This document shows, piece by piece, positions 35,912 through 37,149 of a DNA stretch of 37,149 nucleotides. The stretch comes from an uncultured Collinsella sp. (GTDB lineage: Bacteria > Actinomycetota > Coriobacteriia > Coriobacteriales > Coriobacteriaceae), in contig CABUZF010000001.1 of assembly GCA_902495985.1 (NCBI GenBank), positions 1 through 37,149 on the forward strand, given 5' to 3'. The position numbers were made by a program, and so were the translations under genes. The notes below the pieces were generated by a model. That model did no database searches and had not been told where the DNA came from. It saw only the letters and a program-made list of their open reading frames with translations. Position 1 is the first letter of the stretch. The number at the start of each line of letters is the position of its first letter.

Positions 35912-36943
35912 ATGCCGGATAACGGGTCAATACAAAAAAGAGGCGCGCACGAGATGGCTCATGGGCGTCCTGTCCAGATAACCGAGCACACGACGGTAAC
36001 CGAGCTGCAGCCCAGTCTGTCCGATGTCGTGTGCGCAAACAAAAAGCTGCAGATTGGCTTTATCGTTGCGCTCGTGGTGCTGGCGCTGCTGTCGGGCTTT
36101 GTGGCTCGTCCGCATTTCGCCGATACCAAAACTTGGGACTCCACCATCGAGGTCATCGATCAAAAGAAAGGAAACGTACTGGCGCTCACGACCTCGTGCG
36201 TGGCGCTGTCTGCGGGCATTACCGCGCTGCCGGGTGATACGGGAACGCCGGTTGCCGAGCAGCTCGCGCAGCTTTCAGGCAACCTTGGTATCGTGCTTGC
36301 CGTGCTATACCTAGAGAAATATTTGCTCACGATTTTGTGGTCGGTTGGCCTGGGCATCTTAATCCCGTTTGCGTTGGCGCTCTTTGCGGTGTCGCTCGGC
36401 ATTCACGGGCGCTGGAGCACGAGCGCTGTCCTGCGCCGTGTGGCGACGCGCGTGCTGGTGGTTGCCGTGATCGGCATGGCGCTCGTGCCCGCGAGCGTAT
36501 GGGTGTCGCAGAAGGTCGATGAAACGTATCGCGTAAGTATTGAGCAAGCTGAGCAAAAGGCTGCGGACGCTGCGGACGCGGCCGACACCACGGACAAGTC
36601 AGCCGAGACCAGCTCAAAATCGAACAAGAATAAATCCGAGACCACGGAGTCCAAAAACGTACTTGAGCAGTTGACTGATGGGGCATCGAGCCTTGTTAAG
36701 TCGGTGACCAGCGGCGCCAAGCAGATGACCGATGAGATCGTGCGGCAGGTGACCGATCTGATTGAAGGCGTCATCGTGATGATCGTGACTTCGTGCGTTA
36801 TCCCGCTGCTGGTGCTCGTGGCGTTTCTGTGGCTGGGCCATACCCTGCTGGGGATCGATATTTCCGGCCCGGCGAACTATTTGACGGGCCGCTTTCTGAG
36901 CGCTCCTTCCAAGCACGCCAAAAAGGGCGGACAGTCCGAGTAG
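35912..36943 (+). CDS. Hypothetical multi-pass membrane protein
   Basis: RBS GAGGAGG. About 5-6 hydrophobic segments, ALPGDTGTPVAEQLAQLS motif, polar low-complexity loop. Confidence 0.8.
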   Translation: MPDNGSIQKRGAHEMAHGRPVQITEHTTVTELQPSLSDVVCANKKLQIGFIVALVVLALLSGFVARPHFADTKTWDSTIEVIDQKKGNVLALTTSCVALSAGITALPGDTGTPVAEQLAQLSGNLGIVLAVLYLEKYLLTILWSVGLGILIPFALALFAVSLGIHGRWSTSAVLRRVATRVLVVAVIGMALVPASVWVSQKVDETYRVSIEQAEQKAADAADAADTTDKSAETSSKSNKNKSETTESKNVLEQLTDGASSLVKSVTSGAKQMTDEIVRQVTDLIEGVIVMIVTSCVIPLLVLVAFLWLGHTLLGIDISGPANYLTGRFLSAPSKHAKKGGQSE

Positions 36944-36975
36944 GCGGCAAAGCGATCCTTGGAAAACCAACCGTA

Positions 36976-37020
36976 AGAAGGGCGGCCGAGATGCGTTCTC
37001 GGCCGCCCTTTTTGTTTGTT
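36976..37020 (+). terminator. Intrinsic terminator
   Basis: AAGGGCGGCCGAGA-TGCGT-TCTCGGCCGCCCTT followed by a T-tract. Confidence 0.88.
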
Positions 37021-37149
37021 GAATACGTGACAAGCTGGGCATTCCCTGAATCCAAACGGTCAGCAATCATCCGTAAACGGTATTTGTTCAAAAAAGAACA
37101 AAGATAAACAAATAGTTGTTGCAGTTACTGTTCGAATGTGTTCAAATAA

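Overview
High-GC bacterial chromosome segment whose gene content and repeats suggest Coriobacteriia (Collinsella-like; inference, no database search). From 1 to about 5000 are housekeeping-type genes: a DegV tail, an NAD(P)-dependent dehydrogenase with a His/Cys tail, a HEAT-repeat protein, an isocitrate dehydrogenase family enzyme and a membrane-anchored protein. A DUF2975/HTH pair follows. About 29 kb (6700-35630) is a galactoside/amino-sugar utilisation region: (i) a GalNAc-type mannose-family PTS operon (IIA, yajC-like, IIB, IIC, IID) with GntR, agaS, nagA, LacX-like epimerase, lacC and YhcH; (ii) tRNA-Thr(CGT), an orphan IIB paralog lacking its catalytic His, galM and a DeoR/LacR regulator; (iii) three tandem lacE/lacG/LacI modules, each with its own operator variant, sharing one lacF. 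The least explained DNA is non-coding: three arrays (8 units) of palindromic repeats with a fixed 25-bp core and about 81-bp period, all at convergent gene junctions; a 152-bp element with perfect 25-bp terminal inverted repeats; and a recurrent CSGYRARCGGT motif near promoters. No CRISPR-cas, integrase or transposase gene is visible.
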